From NCBI RefSeq assembly GCF_006345805.1, contig NC_043006.1, positions 61,380,001 to 61,444,000 of the forward strand: a stretch of 64,000 bases of DNA. Reading direction: 5' to 3'. The stretch comes from Octopus sinensis (taxonomy: Eukaryota). The notes under the pieces were generated by a model. That model searched no databases and was not told the origin of the DNA. It saw only the letters and a list, made by a program, of their open reading frames with translations. The position numbers were made by a program, and so were the translations under genes. Shown here in pieces: positions 23,701 to 37,810 of the stretch. Positions within the stretch are counted from its first letter, which is position 1. Each line of letters opens with the position of its first letter.

Positions 23701-25621
23701 TTATAAATATATAAGGAAATTTGAACAAAATATAATGGATGGTAAACACCTGAGGTGTCATGAGATTAACACTTGTGAAAGGAAAAAATTCAAAAATCAA
23801 TGTTTAACTTAATAATTTTTAATATCCTTATAAAAATCATGATTTTGAAGGAATTGTCATTTTAAAATTTCCTGGAGATTTTATCACTCTACAGGCAATA
23901 ATTTCATAATTTACAACATAGAACACTTGTTCTATGCTGTAAATTCTTTTTTTTTTGGCATACTTCTCTTCATTTGTATATTTTCCATTGTTATCAACTA
24001 TGCTTTCTTTCTGAAATAATTGATCGACACTTCAATTCGTTGCGTCGAATTTGTAATTGATTCGCTTTGCTCCTGGTTACAAATGATACCTCAATTAAAG
24101 TCTAAAATTATATTGTATATTTGTCTCCAATATTCTGTAGAATATGTTGTGAATTGTATGCATTTACTCTGTTTCTTAACGAGATAATATTAAGTAACGT
24201 CACTGGAGAATTGAATTGAACAGTTGATATTAACGGATGCTATTCTGTATGAGGATACCATCAAATAAGTTGTTCCTCGTCTTAAATATCTAATTTCATT
24301 TGCTACATCTGTCTTTTCATGATAGGTTTGCTTTATTGCTGTCGATATTTTACATTTACAATTACTGACTGCTATTAAAATAACAGTTGGGAACGAAAAT
24401 TGCCAATGTTAATTAACGTAACCCTATTTCGATTACATTATAGGAATTTATTATGTACATAAGTGATGTTATCTGCACAGATTTTCACTGTGTTGAACCC
24501 AACATTTTAATCCATCCGAAATTCTGTTAATGAAAAAAAGATAGGGAAAATACAATTTGCACATTTACTCTTTCTATTCCACCATCTCTCTCCCCCATAT
24601 CTTTACACACTGTCACTCTCCCGCTCTCTTCTCTCTTTCTGTCTCCATTTACAACTCTTACTAGGGTTGGCAAATATGAACTTCTGCGGCCTAATAGGAA
24701 AATTTATGAACTTCCTCGGTAGTGATCCAGCAGTGGCTGGTCGTTGCTTTCTGCTATAATTTAACCTATTTAACCTTCATATATAGGCCGCTCCAAGAAA
24801 CTGGTGCTCACGTGATATCATAGCATGCCCACACACTGGAGAGTCGTGTCAAGTGCCCTCATCCAAAGAACCCTTTATATCGTATTCACAAGATCGTCTA
24901 CTGATATTTGACATATAAATGAGTCTTTGCTAGTTATTACAATGGAGGCTCAGAACAGATTTACAATTGTTGTTGGATAATAGGTTGGTCCTTACTAGCT
25001 CATGTTTCCCGAAGATTCGAGTTGGAGATGCATTAGCAAATGTAGACGAACAGTTAATTAGTCTTTGCTAAACAATTATTCATGCTTGATTTCTGTACAG
25101 AAAATATGTCTGATTGATATACTTATTTTACACTACTTACATATATGAAGAGATAAGAAACAATTATATGCCAGATTTTCGTTTACCTATGAATGCATTT
25201 CGTATAAAGTTTTAAAAAATATGGAACATGCTTAGAAACGCATGCGCAATATGATGTGAGAGAAAATGTTTTCGAAGAAGTGGCGAGAGGAGTTTCAGAG
25301 GATTCACATGTCGGGTGTGTTTTGTCATAACCGCCATAATGATGGAGATTTTTGAGTAAAGTTTCTTAAAATACTTTTCAGAGTATGTAAATATTATGCC
25401 GGAAATTACGTCTGAATTTAATATGAAAATAAGATTTGGTGGGAAAGCTCACATACATACTGACACACAAAACTATTTTCCCAAAATTAATTTCGTAATA
25501 ACTTCCTATGTAATTGGAATCTACATCATCATAAGCGTATTTGTAGAAAGTTTCATAAAAAATATCCAGTTATGAGAAGAGAAATCCATTGAGGAACATA
25601 TGTGCTGGTATACTACAATTA

Positions 25622-26829
25622 ATAGGTTGTTCCGAATATAAAGGCTGATTTCAGAAACATAATTTTATTCTGCCAAAATTAACAATGTTTTGATTAGTAA
25701 ACGCATGAGCCGTGAACATCTATGAATCTCTGCCATCGATCAACGAGATTATTTATGCCTCCTTAATAATAAAAAAAAAAAAACTTATTGGCTTTGATGC
25801 TAAGAAATCTTTGAAAGTTGATTCCACCTCTGGTTTGGATCTGAGAGTTTTATCACTTAAAAACATGTTTTAAATGCTTTAAAAGAGATGGTAGTAAGTA
25901 GGTGAAACATCCTGAGAATATGATATGGAGGATGTGGCAAAGTCTCGTATCTCAAGTATGTGATTTTGCCTTATCATGGAGCAGAATTGGGACACGCCGA
26001 TTCACTAAAGCAGGTCGCTTCTTTTGCAAGTGAGCATACATTTCAGCATACATTTCAGCGAGTTGATTGCAGTAAACCTCTGCTGTAATGCTCTCACTGG
26101 CTTCCAGAAAGCTGTAACAGACAACACTAATTGCAGACCACCAGACAGTCACCATAATCGTTTGGTGATGCAACTTTGGCTTTGGGAATTGTTTGGGGCC
26201 TCATCACGATCAAGCCATTGACCTGATCGTTTACAGTAATCATAAAGGATCCACTTTTCGCTTAAATGACCGTTCAGTCAAGAAAAGTATCATTGGTGTT
26301 TCGCAGAAAGAGCATCGCTCACACTTCAATACTTTTCATTGAGCTCATGCGGTTCTTCCTTTATCGACCGTTTTCACCTTACAAATCTTCTACAGATTGC
26401 GTGAGGCCGTTGCAATACCGACACCAAATGCCTGAGACATTACTCTGACACTTTGACGTGGGTTTCTTCAACAATTGCTTTCAAATGTTCATTGTCAAGA
26501 GTGCATGTCCGTCCTCTACCTTCATCTTCAATGCCATCATTACCACTACGGAAGTTCTGACCCCTTTGTGGACACCTCTCCCCATGCTCTGTTGATATTA
26601 GCAGCAGTTTAGGAGACACTGTGCCCAAGCTTGAAGTCATTCAAGCAAAGTAAGCGAAGATCCTATGTTTGAAGAACGTTTTCTGTCTGAAATAAGTAGA
26701 AAATTATTAATGAGAATACATCAATTAGTGTGTCGAAATTCACCTAAAATATAATTAAAATTTTATGATAAAATTGCGTTTTAAAACACAACACAAAAAA
26801 GAGAGGCCATTATTTTTGGAACAACCTAA
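25622..26829 (-). mobile_element. Near-full-length decayed mariner (DD34D) transposon
   Basis: Imperfect TIRs (ATAGGTTGTTCCGAATATAAAGG and TTAGGTTGTTCCAAAAATAATGG) flanked by TA at 25620-25621 and 26830-26831. Transposase remnants include FRSGNDGIEDEGRGR, MVTVWWSA, ITAEVYCNQL and RPALVNRRVPILLHD. Confidence 0.9.
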
Positions 26830-27349
26830 TAATTCCGGCCGATTAAAATATTTCATTTCGCATGCTTTACCGGAAATCCATTATAAAGATATATATTTCA
26901 AGAAATGATAATAGTAGTCACATGATAAGCATGGATATTTTAAAGTAATGTATATATATATACAAGAAGGTTTTCCGCCAAGTTTGTGTCGTCATAAAAT
27001 CAAACAATGGGTATTTTTAGTGAAATTTTCAACAAATATTATTCAGATGGTGTTGATTCCAAGTATATATAAATTCATTGTGTAAAAACATGATTTGGAG
27101 GAGTGGAGGGAGGTGTCTTAAAACATTTTCACAAGTCGGATGTGTTTTCTCATAACTTTCGCAATAACAGGAAATGTTAAAGGAAAAAAGTCGACAAATT
27201 CCTTTCGGAATATGTAGATTACAATTATTTTTTAACTTAGTATGAAAATAAAAATTAGTGACATAACACACACACATACATACTTACACACATCACTTTC
27301 TTAGTACTTCTAAGCTCAAGGGAAGACAGCGTGTTCTTTGTCTATCTCC

Positions 27350-27720
27350 TTCCCTTCTTTGAAGTTGTAGGTTGTTATCGTTAGGCCTAACTCATCGTAA
27401 AGTCAATACCACCATGACTGATATCCAATCTACAGTGGAGAAGGCTAGCCACTGGATTTGGTTAAAAAGAGACGATGAGCGATGGCTAGAAGTATATTGA
27501 GTTCTTCATATCCAGCTGATCTAGCAAGCGGGGCCTCATATCAGTGAGGGGGGCCGGTGCGCATTGATACCGTCGAGAGGTAGGCCCCGAAACGGCGCGC
27601 ATTCTCTCCTGATGACCCCATACACTTGCTAGCTTCCGATATACGGAGCTTTTAACTGGTAGCACTTGCATGTGCAAGTTGTTTGCAAGATATCCATCTG
27701 TTTTAATTTAATTTAATTCT
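27350..27720 (+). mobile_element. 3' end of an RLE non-LTR element (NeSL/HERO/R2-like)
   Basis: PFEV..GC...LGLTHRKVNTTMTDIQSTVEKASHWIWLKRDDERWLE*, then a GC-rich 3' UTR and a (TTTAA)n tail. Confidence 0.5.
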
Positions 27721-27867
27721 ATGTATTTTTGCAGCTGATGATTGATCTGCATTTACATTGCTGTAATCAATGCATAGTTCAATTACATGGAGTCGCTTGA
27801 AAAGATCGTACTGCATTACCTATGATTATCCTGTTGCGTATTTTGATTTTAATCACCTTATTTTTGA

Positions 27868-27900
27868 ATTATATACTTATATATATATATATCTATATAT

Positions 27901-27963
<63 letters not shown>
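27868..27963. repeat. (TA)n microsatellite
   Basis: Read directly from the sequence. Confidence 0.95.
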
Positions 27964-27966
<3 letters not shown>

Positions 27967-28962
27967 AGACACAGAAAGAGAGAGAATGAGAGGGAGAGAT
28001 TAGTTATGGGATTCAATATAATCTAATCTCATCACCACTTAGGACATGAAAACCGCTAGGTTCAATAACACAAGACCGATAGTGAGATAGAACAGCCATA
28101 AAGGAATCAGGTTTTGTTGGGATACTGTCAATATGTAAGTATCAAATCCAAAGTAAACAGTAGATTTCACTCAAAGCTGGCTCTATGTGTGGCGTAGATA
28201 ATAACAAAAATGAGAAATAGCGTTAAATACTATACGATTCCTTTTTAGTTTAGTGATGTATTCATAGATTACAACATAACATAAATCTATTATCTTCATA
28301 TAAAATTTTAAACAAATTTAAACAGGTGAAAAAATATCTTGCTCATGACTAATCCAACGATATTGTTGGATTAGTGGTATTTTGAAAAAATTACTTTCGA
28401 TTTTATAGGGAAATTAGAATGAGTGGCTTTAACAGGTATGCGAGAGATAAAGTGATCAAATGACTATTATTTCAAGACGAGTGGCTTAATTAATTTATAC
28501 TCAAAACTGGCTATGAGAACGTACTATTAACACAGACATGGTGTAACCAAAGAATGTCCTAAAAGTCATTAAAGCCAAGCAGATAAATGAAAGCCAGCCT
28601 CACGGCAGCAAGTAATCATAGAACTGTCATCACATTTTCAGAAACGTAGACACAAGCTCATTGACAGATACACGCATACACATACAGGCATATATGTGTA
28701 CATATATGTATACATGTATTTATATACGTACGCGCACACACACACATACACACGCACATATTTACATACAGTCGCAGGCGTGGGTTTGTGGTAAGAAACT
28801 TGCTTCCCAATCACATGGTTCTGGAATCAGTTCCACCATAGTTCCGTATGGAAAGTCACGCTGGTGTGGTACCAAGCATTACTTTTCGGTAGCGTTACTA
28901 CTTGCATCTGTTATAGGTGTAACAGAAATAGCTATTTTGCTTGCTGGTATATATATATATAT

Positions 28963-29367
28963 AGGAGTGACTGTGTGGTAAGTAGCTTGCTAACCAGCCA
29001 CATGGTTCCGGGTTCAGTCCCACTGCGAGGCATCTTGGGTGAGTGTCTTCTGCTATAGCCCCGGGCCGACCAATGCCTTGTGAGTGGATTTGGTAGACGG
29101 AAACTGAAAGGAGCCTGTCGTATATATGTATATATGTATGTGTGTGTAAGTGTTTGTGTGTCTGTGTTTGTCCCCCTAGCATTGCTTGACAACCGATGCT
29201 GGTGTTTATACGTCCCCGTCACTTAGCAGTTCGGCAAAAGAGACCGATAGAATAAGTACTGGGTTTACGAACAATAAGTCCCGGGGTCGATTTGCTCGAC
29301 CAAATTCGGTGCTCCAGCATGGCCGCAGTCAAATGTCTGAAACAAGTAAAAGAGTAAAAGAAAAGAG
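28963..29367 (+). mobile_element. tRNA-derived SINE, family A
   Basis: Head GGAGTGACTGTGTGGTAAGTAGC...GGTTCAGTCCC (A/B-box-like), conserved core, internal TA/TG tract, AAAAGAGT tail. A head-only fragment lies at 28771-28850. Confidence 0.85.
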
Positions 29368-29401
<34 letters not shown>

Positions 29402-30914
29402 CGTGTGCGTGTGCGTGTGTGTGTGTGTCTGTGTTTGTGGATTCGGAAACTGAGTTGCCGATTTTGACGTATGAATTACTAAATGATTTAGTAATATTTG
29501 GGTAAAAACCATTATTTCCATTACAAAAACTTAACATTATAATCTTTCTATATGTCATCTATCGCAAACAACATTTTATACCACGACGACGACAACGGTG
29601 ATGGCAATTTTCTATATGAGTGTGTATGTGTCTGTCAATGTGTGTGTGTTTGCGCATTCGTTACGTACGTTAGGTTGATGACTGACTGGTATATGTCTGT
29701 ATATGTGAGGGTGTATTTGTCTGTCAGTATACATACATTTTTCTGACGACTGAGACATACACACATACATCTAAAGACATAGACACACAAACAGAGGGAC
29801 AGAGATATGCCTCAGGTGTGCTTGAATGTATGTATGCATGTGTCAATCTCAGTATATGTATGTGACTGTACCCAACGGCAAAACGCACCGATTTTGAAAG
29901 AGTTTAATTCAGTCAAGACTTGGACGTTGAACGAACAACAGCGTTCACGTTCAAGCACCGCTGTTTCGATTTTCCTTTTCACCATGTAGAGTTACAGTTC
30001 AAACAATATTAACGATTATCACTACTTATGTGCTGAAATATTCTGGTATTTGTTATCAACATGAATATTTATTTGATTTGACATTCACTTATAACTCTCG
30101 GAAATATATCTGAAAAAAATGCTATTCTGATAATTTTATCAAAGTTTGGAAACTTGGCGAAGTAGAAAGCCTAAGCAGTTATTTTCATATAATTACAGAA
30201 ATGTTATTTCAATCCTTATAACCATTTTGAAGACAATGTTTTTAACTCTCCTAGAGCCCTTATCGTATTCCTGCCAAGCCACTTTATCAGTGTGAGCATT
30301 AAACGCCGCGGAAATCTTTTACTATTTTAATCAGTATTTATTGTACAGTGTATAATCTTATACAATTAAAATATATTGCAAGTGATGTCAAATTAATGTA
30401 TCCCTTGCTACATACATCGTTTAGCAAATATTTTAAGTTAATTAACGTTCACAATAGCAACAAATTCCTTGCTTCACACTTTGTTCAGCGTTCGTTTAAA
30501 ATTTGTAAAACAATAAGTTATTTTTACATCAAAAATTGAATTATGCCTTCAGAATTTTCTTGAAGGTTGACTTTCCTCACCATCACATTCAATCCTGAAT
30601 TTTATTGCATTTAGCACATGTTCCAAATAAATGTTAACTTTCTTTGTTATATTTATGACGCATAGTAATTTCTGCTAAATTGGTAACTACGACAGAGCTA
30701 TATTTCTTTTGGAAATATTCAATAAAAAAAAATTATGGCATAACTATGCTACAGAAAGTATGTTTTACACCTATATTGATTACATTTCGTTTCGCTTGAA
30801 CTTAGTGTGCGTATGTTTTGCTGTTTTCAATATTATCAATTCCGTGAGTGTCTATATGTCTGTGAGTGAGTGTGTGTTTCTGCGTTCAATACATCTATAG
30901 TAAACTATAATATA

Positions 30915-31990
30915 GGACATTTTAGGCCGTTTTAACGATCCCACATTTAATGAAGTAGCCATCATTAAGGAAGGTGATTCTCATTAAAATCGAGATATTC
31001 TCATTCCTGCTTGAGATAACAAACTTGAACGTGTTTCAGAAACTCATCCCTCTTGTGATGCTCTGCTGTATCCTCTTATTTTGTGGAATGGAAAAGATGG
31101 GTATCATTTCAATATTCTACAGACTGAACCAGCAACAGGAGAGCCAATTACAAACAGAAAGGTGTCAAATTACGTCTACTCTTACCAACTGATATTACGA
31201 CCGAAGAACCAAATCATTTACGCATGTATCGGGATCTATTTCAGCAATACCTGGCTGATATGTATGCTAAAGTCGAGAGTCAGCATCTCCTCTACCTTCA
31301 TAACAATAAAAATTGTTAAGTCCTGAAAGTTATGTTCATCTTCAAGATGCTCTGAGAACAGATGGTGATATTCAAAACATAGGGCAAATTATAATTGTCC
31401 CATCATTAACAGGTCATCCTCGATATATGCACGAAGGAATACAAGATGCTAAGACATATGTCAAGACATGGAAACATTTTGTCATATTTAACTACAATCC
31501 TAAATGGGAGATAAAAAATTTAACCGCCTTCCTGTGTTGCATTTTGTTATATCGCAGCTATCCTCCTCAATGGGAGAACTGCACATCCATTCTCTAAACC
31601 TTGGAATGAAAGAATGTCAAAAGAGCAACATTTCTAAAAATTCTGCAATGGTAACAGTTCTCCAACAAACTTACAGCATTGTTTCGGATGAGAGCAGCTC
31701 CAGAGGTACTTGACCGTACCCTCCAAGGCATAAAAAACGATATCACGCTCATGGGAGGAGTAAGAGGTCTTGGAGGAAATTTTCCTCAAACGTTATCAGT
31801 TATCGACAAATGATCAAAAGCTGTTGAGTCCAATGCATACGTTAAAAAATCGTAACTTTGGAGACAAGAGAAAAAACTTCACCCGACAAGCAGCATCAGA
31901 GTACTTCTACAATTTGATCGTACGAGCTTTTTAAGATTGGTAAAGGAATATTAACATTCAATTCAAGACTTCAGCTACATGCAATTCCAT
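30915..31990 (+). mobile_element. Internally deleted Helitron RepHel remnant
   Basis: GRFNDPTFNEVA, HPSCDALLYPL, LFQQYLADMYAKVE, SYVHLQDAL, TGHPRYMHE and FNYNPKW, then a jump to helicase-like LDRTLQGIKND...MGG. Confidence 0.85.
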
Positions 31991-32029
31991 GTGGTCAAAT
32001 GATACATTATCATAGGGATCTTATGGATA

Positions 32030-32480
32030 AAGTATGGGCAGGTTTCTTCTAGTATAGCCTCGGGCCGACAAAATCCTTGTGACCGGATTTGGTAAACTGA
32101 AGGAAGACAGTCGTATAAATAGATAAAGAAATATATACATATATATATATATTATATATATATATATGTATATAAATAGATTGATAGACAGATATTGATA
32201 TATATACACACATAACACACGCGTATATATACGTACATACATACTATATATATATATATGTGTGTGTGTGTGTGCGAGCGTGTGTGTATGTGTGTATCTT
32301 TGTCCCGCCACCATCGTTTGACAACCGATATTGGTGTGTTTACGCCCCCATAACATAGCGGTTCGGTAAAAAGACCGATGGATTAAGCACTAGGCTTACA
32401 AAGAATAGGTCCTGAGAGCATTTTGCTCGACTAAAGCCGGTGCTCCAGCACGGCCACAGTCACCTGCCTGAAAGAAGTAA
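32030..32480 (+). mobile_element. SINE family A, 5'-truncated
   Basis: Core TTCTAGTATAGCCTCGGGCCGAC and 3' CGGTGCTCCAGCACGGCC match the other copies. Confidence 0.8.
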
Positions 32481-32497
32481 AATAATTATAGATTAAA

Positions 32498-32739
32498 AAT
32501 ATATATATTTTTTTTTTATTGCCCTCAACGGGCTGAACATAGAGGGGACAAACAAGGGCAGACAAAGGGATTAAGTCGATTAAATCGACCCCAGTGCAAA
32601 CCTGGTACTTAATTTATCGACCCCGAAAGGATGAAAGGCAAAGTCGACCTCAACGGAATTTGAACTCAGGACGTAATTGCAGACGAAATACGGCTACGCA
32701 TTTCGCCCGGCGTGTTAACGATTCTGCCAGCTCGCCGCC
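32498..32739 (-). mobile_element. tRNA-derived SINE, family B, with 11-bp TSD
   Basis: The sense strand starts GGCGGCGAGCTGGCAGAATCG...GAGTTCAAATTCC. TATAGATTAAA occurs at 32487-32497 and 32740-32750. Confidence 0.85.
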
Positions 32740-32803
32740 TATAGATTAAAGATATAGACACACACATACTCAAACACACACACGCATATATATATATATA
32801 TAA

Positions 32804-32845
<42 letters not shown>

Positions 32846-34086
32846 TATTACATATATATATATATATCTATATGTATATGTACACACCCATCCATAGGTA
32901 TATATAGAATTATAGATTAAAACTATAAGCACCCACATATATAAACAAACACACACAGACTCATATATATATACATGCATCTATCTATCTATATGTATAT
33001 GTACACACCCACCCATAGAAATATATGTGTGTGCATATGTATATATGTAGATGTATATATGTATATGTATGTATATATGCAATATATATATAATATATAT
33101 ATACATATAATGTATATATATATGTATATAAATAGATTGATAGACAGATATTGATATATATACACACATAACACACGCGTATATATACGTACATACATAC
33201 TATATATATATATATAAACTCATGCACTTATGCATGCACATATCCGCGTATGCATATACACACACAGTCCTATATTTATATAAACTTACATATAATGAAG
33301 AAATATCAACCAAAAGAATACAATATGAAGAAAGCTATTAGGAACCTCTACACCTGATTACCAAATAATTCACGACTCATTAGATATAGATGTTGCAAAC
33401 AAATCTAGTGAGAATTCGTAACGAGGACGACGACGATGATATATGTTACATGTCACTCAAAGATTTAAATAATGTTTTGAAAGAGACTATATACTTAATT
33501 AAATTACAGATTATGGATAAGTAGAAGCTAAGTAGTTAGAGATAAATAGTGTTATTTGAAGCCCATCATGTAAGTGGTTTAGACTATAATAGTGCGTTTC
33601 GAATATAATGCATAACTTCATTAGACTTCTTAACAACATTACATGGACATCGTAGCAAATGTTCCACCCGTATCCATTTTCTTAAATTTTTTCCAAGTTG
33701 TCTCGATATTCAGCTTACTGTTACAAAGAATGATAAACAAATACCAACGAAATTATACACTGCTTCTGATATATAAAGAACACTACTTCATTCAATTTGA
33801 TATTAACTCTCACTACTCTAGTATTTCACCCATATTCCTTAATAAAGCCCTGATTTCGTCTAGTAAGGTTGCTAAACGTACAGTTATAGAGTTTGAGAGA
33901 AAATTATAAAGTAGAAAATATATTATACCTGTCTGCTTACGAGAGTATGTTTGATGCCTATGCTCACAACGTAGCTATTTTGTAGTGGCTGGTAAATTGA
34001 TAGATCATGCAATATATATTAGTACCAGCAAAAAACAAAAGAAAAACACGCACACAAAAATACAACAAAACCTAAACCTCTGAGTA

Positions 34087-34108
34087 GATAATATAAGTAT
34101 GAGAATAG

Positions 34109-34144
<36 letters not shown>

Positions 34145-34289
34145 ATATCTATATATATATATATATATATATATATAGATATATATATATATAATATATA
34201 TATATATAAATATATATATATATAATATATATATATATAATATATTATATATATATATATACATATATATATATAATATATATATATAT
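34087..34289. repeat. (TA)n microsatellite
   Basis: Read directly from the sequence. Confidence 0.95.
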
Positions 34290-34380
34290 TGGTAAAACGG
34301 TAAGATAACAAAAGAAAGAAAGAGACCTCAATATTATGTAAATAGAGGAAATTTATCTATACAATAATATGTTACATTAC

Positions 34381-34960
34381 TCGATAGTCAAGATAAAACT
34401 TTGAGTTTCAGATGCCGAAGTGGGAATCCACGACATCTCTTCGGTTATCTAGCTATTTGAAAACGCTATGAAAAAATACCGTTATACAAAGGGAAATTAC
34501 TGTGTTATAACACTGCTTGCCTGCGTACTTATACATCGCTCGCATTTTTCGTCATAAAAATTATATAAAAATACATAAAAAAATATATAAAAAATATATA
34601 AAAATATATAAAATCTTCTTGGGACATAACATAGAAAGCATGTTCTATCTGTTTTCTTTAGGGGACCAAAAACATAACAGAAATTTAGTCACATTTGGGC
34701 ATGATCCGAAAAGTTCTGTCCTTGTGTTTAGACATGTAGTAGGGTCTAAGCTGCTTTTCCAGATAAGCCATCTCTCCATGTCGCATAGACCGCACCTTCC
34801 GCTGCCGTTGGTATAGGGCTTACATCTGGCCAAAATCTTCCAATGTATGTTATAATCGACACCTTTATCTCTTAAAGACCAAATATGATTAGATAATTGT
34901 GTCGCTTTTCTTTTGTTCCAGTGCCTAAAGCTCAAAGTTTAGCCAATAAAAAAAAATCTT
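34381..34960 (-). mobile_element. Penelope-like element 3' part (GIY-YIG C-terminus and terminal region)
   Basis: SFRH..ATQLSNHIWSLRDKGVDYNIHWKILARCKPYTNGSGRCGLC..E..LNTRTELFGSC..KFLL, followed by a hammerhead motif. Confidence 0.85.
34391..34450 (-). ncRNA. Type-I hammerhead-like motif with long stem II
   Basis: AGATAA-CCGAAGA-GATGTCG-(TGGATTCCCACTT)-CGGCATC-T-GAAA-CT-CAA-AG-TT-TTATCT. Perfect 6-bp stem I and 7-bp stem II; U4>C. Confidence 0.6.
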
Positions 34961-34978
34961 GCACAACAAATATATAAA

Positions 34979-35032
<54 letters not shown>

Positions 35033-35389
35033 CTTCCTGTAATTAGAACTCAAATAATTTGACTGTACTGAAAATGGTAGTCCTAATAATAATGATAATA
35101 AGCTTAATAAAGATAATAATACGTGCATAAGGAAGTCACGGATGAAACGGAAATTGAAGGAGAGTAATTGTACTAATATTTATACTAGCAGATTTGTAAT
35201 TGATATTCTTAACAATGAAAAACTGAAGTCCAACAATATGAATCATTGTAGCGATAAATTTACCAACACTAATGTTATTTATACGAATGATAATGATAGG
35301 GTTAGCGGTCAAGACACAATTAGCAAGATTATAAGTAAGAATAGCAGTACTGGTAATCTTGATATTACAATTACAGTGTGGAAGTTTAG

Positions 35390-35720
35390 ATACCACAAAC
35401 ACAAAAACCTAATTAACTTATGCAATAATGGCGTAATATGGTTTGATCCACCTCGGACGGTCAATACTATTATACAACTTTCTAAACATCTATTTGCTAA
35501 CTTTCAGTTAACATTATAAGTAAATATTAGCTCATCTTCATGAAACCTAGGATAAGAATTTTCTTCTTTACCTTCCCAAATCTAGAAAGCATTTTAGCGA
35601 GTACAAAATGCATTCCTGCTGCCCCAAGATCTGTTTCCTTTATCTCACCTAACCCACAAATTATCTTCCAAGAAATTTTTTGCCTACAGCCTATCTGATT
35701 CGTGGCGAATATACACAGCA
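35390..35720 (+). mobile_element. Penelope-like linker fragment
   Basis: NGVIWFDPP resembles the PLE RNIIWFNPP motif. Decayed, and in the opposite orientation to 34381-34960. Confidence 0.4.
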
Positions 35721-37810
35721 TGTTATGGCTATAAAATAATTAAAATAACTGTTTAAAATAATTATTTTCTTCAAATTCTCGTTATACTTCTGATATTTCT
35801 ATAAATTTAAAAATGTTTTTTTTTTAAATGTTACTTATTTATCATGCTGTTTGTTGGATAGGTCATCAAGATTTTTACCTTGCTTGTTTACACCTGTTTA
35901 AAATTTTACCTGAGATGGTTGTTTTATAGTATGATGTAGTGTATGAGTACATAAATAAACGTTTACTGGAAAATTTGTAGTAAATCTTAGTCTCCATTTG
36001 GGAATTTTATATTTACGCCACACCCGGAACGAAACCAGAGTCGAATCTACGGTTTAAATTGAATTTGGTATTTACATATGTATACAACTGCAGTATACTA
36101 CCAACCTATGACACCACGGTTATTTTACCTCACTATGGTACCCACCCAGTTTTGATGAGCCTAGATTCTAATGAATCCCATAAATAATCTACAGGCACTC
36201 GACACACAGGTATGACTTACAGTGCTTGAAAGTGTGCCTATGCGTTTGTGATTTTGTAGTACCAGATTGCTACTTCTCTATTCCCGGTTTTAAGTCGCTT
36301 CTTTTAGTTTACAATTTATTTTCGCAAATATATACAAAGGTATGATAGGTCATGCTACATTTTATACGCTCACAACAATCAATATTATTGATACTTACGT
36401 GTGTCTATCTATCTTCAACATAGGAATAGCATGTGTGTACGCTCAATGTATCTAACTTCCCACCTATAAAATATTAGTATCACAAACAAAATATACTCCA
36501 AATATTCTCTTTCAACTTTCCGATTTTCCGTTATTTAGTTATCATTTTATGTTTGCACCTGCGATGTTATAACTCTTAATGTAAACTAGGAAATAGGTAT
36601 GAAAGGTATATTACCGGTGTATTTACATTTTACAAGTGATATATTTTACGATAGTGCTATTTTATTTGCTAGGTTTCTCTTTTAAATGACTCTTGAATTA
36701 CAATACACTAGTTGAAAATTTTGATAGAAATATTTTTTTTTGTCTTCAGAATTATTGTTTTAGATCAGCAGTATTTTTTGCCTCCAGCCATGCAGGCGTC
36801 GATTTTGGATATCCAAGCGTCGATTATATTAAGGTTACAATTTATACGTCAAAATATATATTGTGTGATTTGAAATATTGATTGCAACTTCAAAACTTCA
36901 AATTTTTAAATTTCTCTTCTAGAATGTAAATGATTTTATATTATCAATTGCATTGTTGCATGTTTTTTAAAACAACTTTCAGTGCATATTAACATAGCAT
37001 GATTGACAAATAAAAAATCTTTGGCTACAGACCCGGTAACAATACAAGATTTCTAATGGAAGTATCTAACACACACACATGCACCATTTAGAAATCACAC
37101 ACTTCTCTCAGTTAACTTCATTTATTCCCATTTACATGCAAACCAGTCGTCTTATATCTCGCTGAGATACAAATATCGCAGAACATATTTACTATCCCTC
37201 TCTGCAATTCAGGACAAGCTTGCTCTTCAAATTTCCCTCCGAAAGATTTGGTCAGTACAATTGTACTGACCAAATCTTTGTAAACTCTTTTTTTAGATTC
37301 CTCATACTTTCTCTCTCTGTCTCACTCACTCACTCACGCACACGCACGCTCTCTCTCCATCTTTAACATCTCACCACTGTATTCCAACAATGACCTCTTG
37401 CTACTTCTTTGGATAAGTATCGACTTCACGCCTTTTTTAAAAATAGATATTCGTCAGTCGTCCCACTCCAATCGCTGACGCATCACCTGTCATTATTGGC
37501 GGACACAGCGACGTTAGTCCTGAGCAATTCAATATACTTACTCATTCTTCCCAGAAGATGGGCTCTCTAGAATCTTCTCGTTCATATCTTATTTGCAGTT
37601 GTTAATCTGTACTCGTTCCAACGGAACTTCAGTCAAGTCAGGCTCACCGGTCCCAGTACGCCTACAATAATCTTTCCTCCCCACTAAACAGATATATATA
37701 TATATGTATATAAATTATAACAAACAAAGTTATATCTTGAGATCGCTAGTGACAACAACACTCAAAATATATAACAAACTGGAATTGTAGTGCTGAAATG
37801 AGCTGTACAC

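Noticed and set aside
27580-27625. GAAAC...CTGATGA in the RLE element 3' UTR as a permuted hammerhead
   Set aside because: The stem II strands would be CCCC against CCCC, and no stem I or III pairing is found.
28963-29020. tRNA genes at SINE heads (also near 41720, 46440 and 63440)
   Set aside because: A/B-box-like motifs continue into SINE bodies, and no complete cloverleaf is present.
37542-37683. Minus-strand exon-like segment with AG acceptor and GTAAGT donor
   Set aside because: Stops in all three frames; it could only be non-coding, and there is no supporting evidence.
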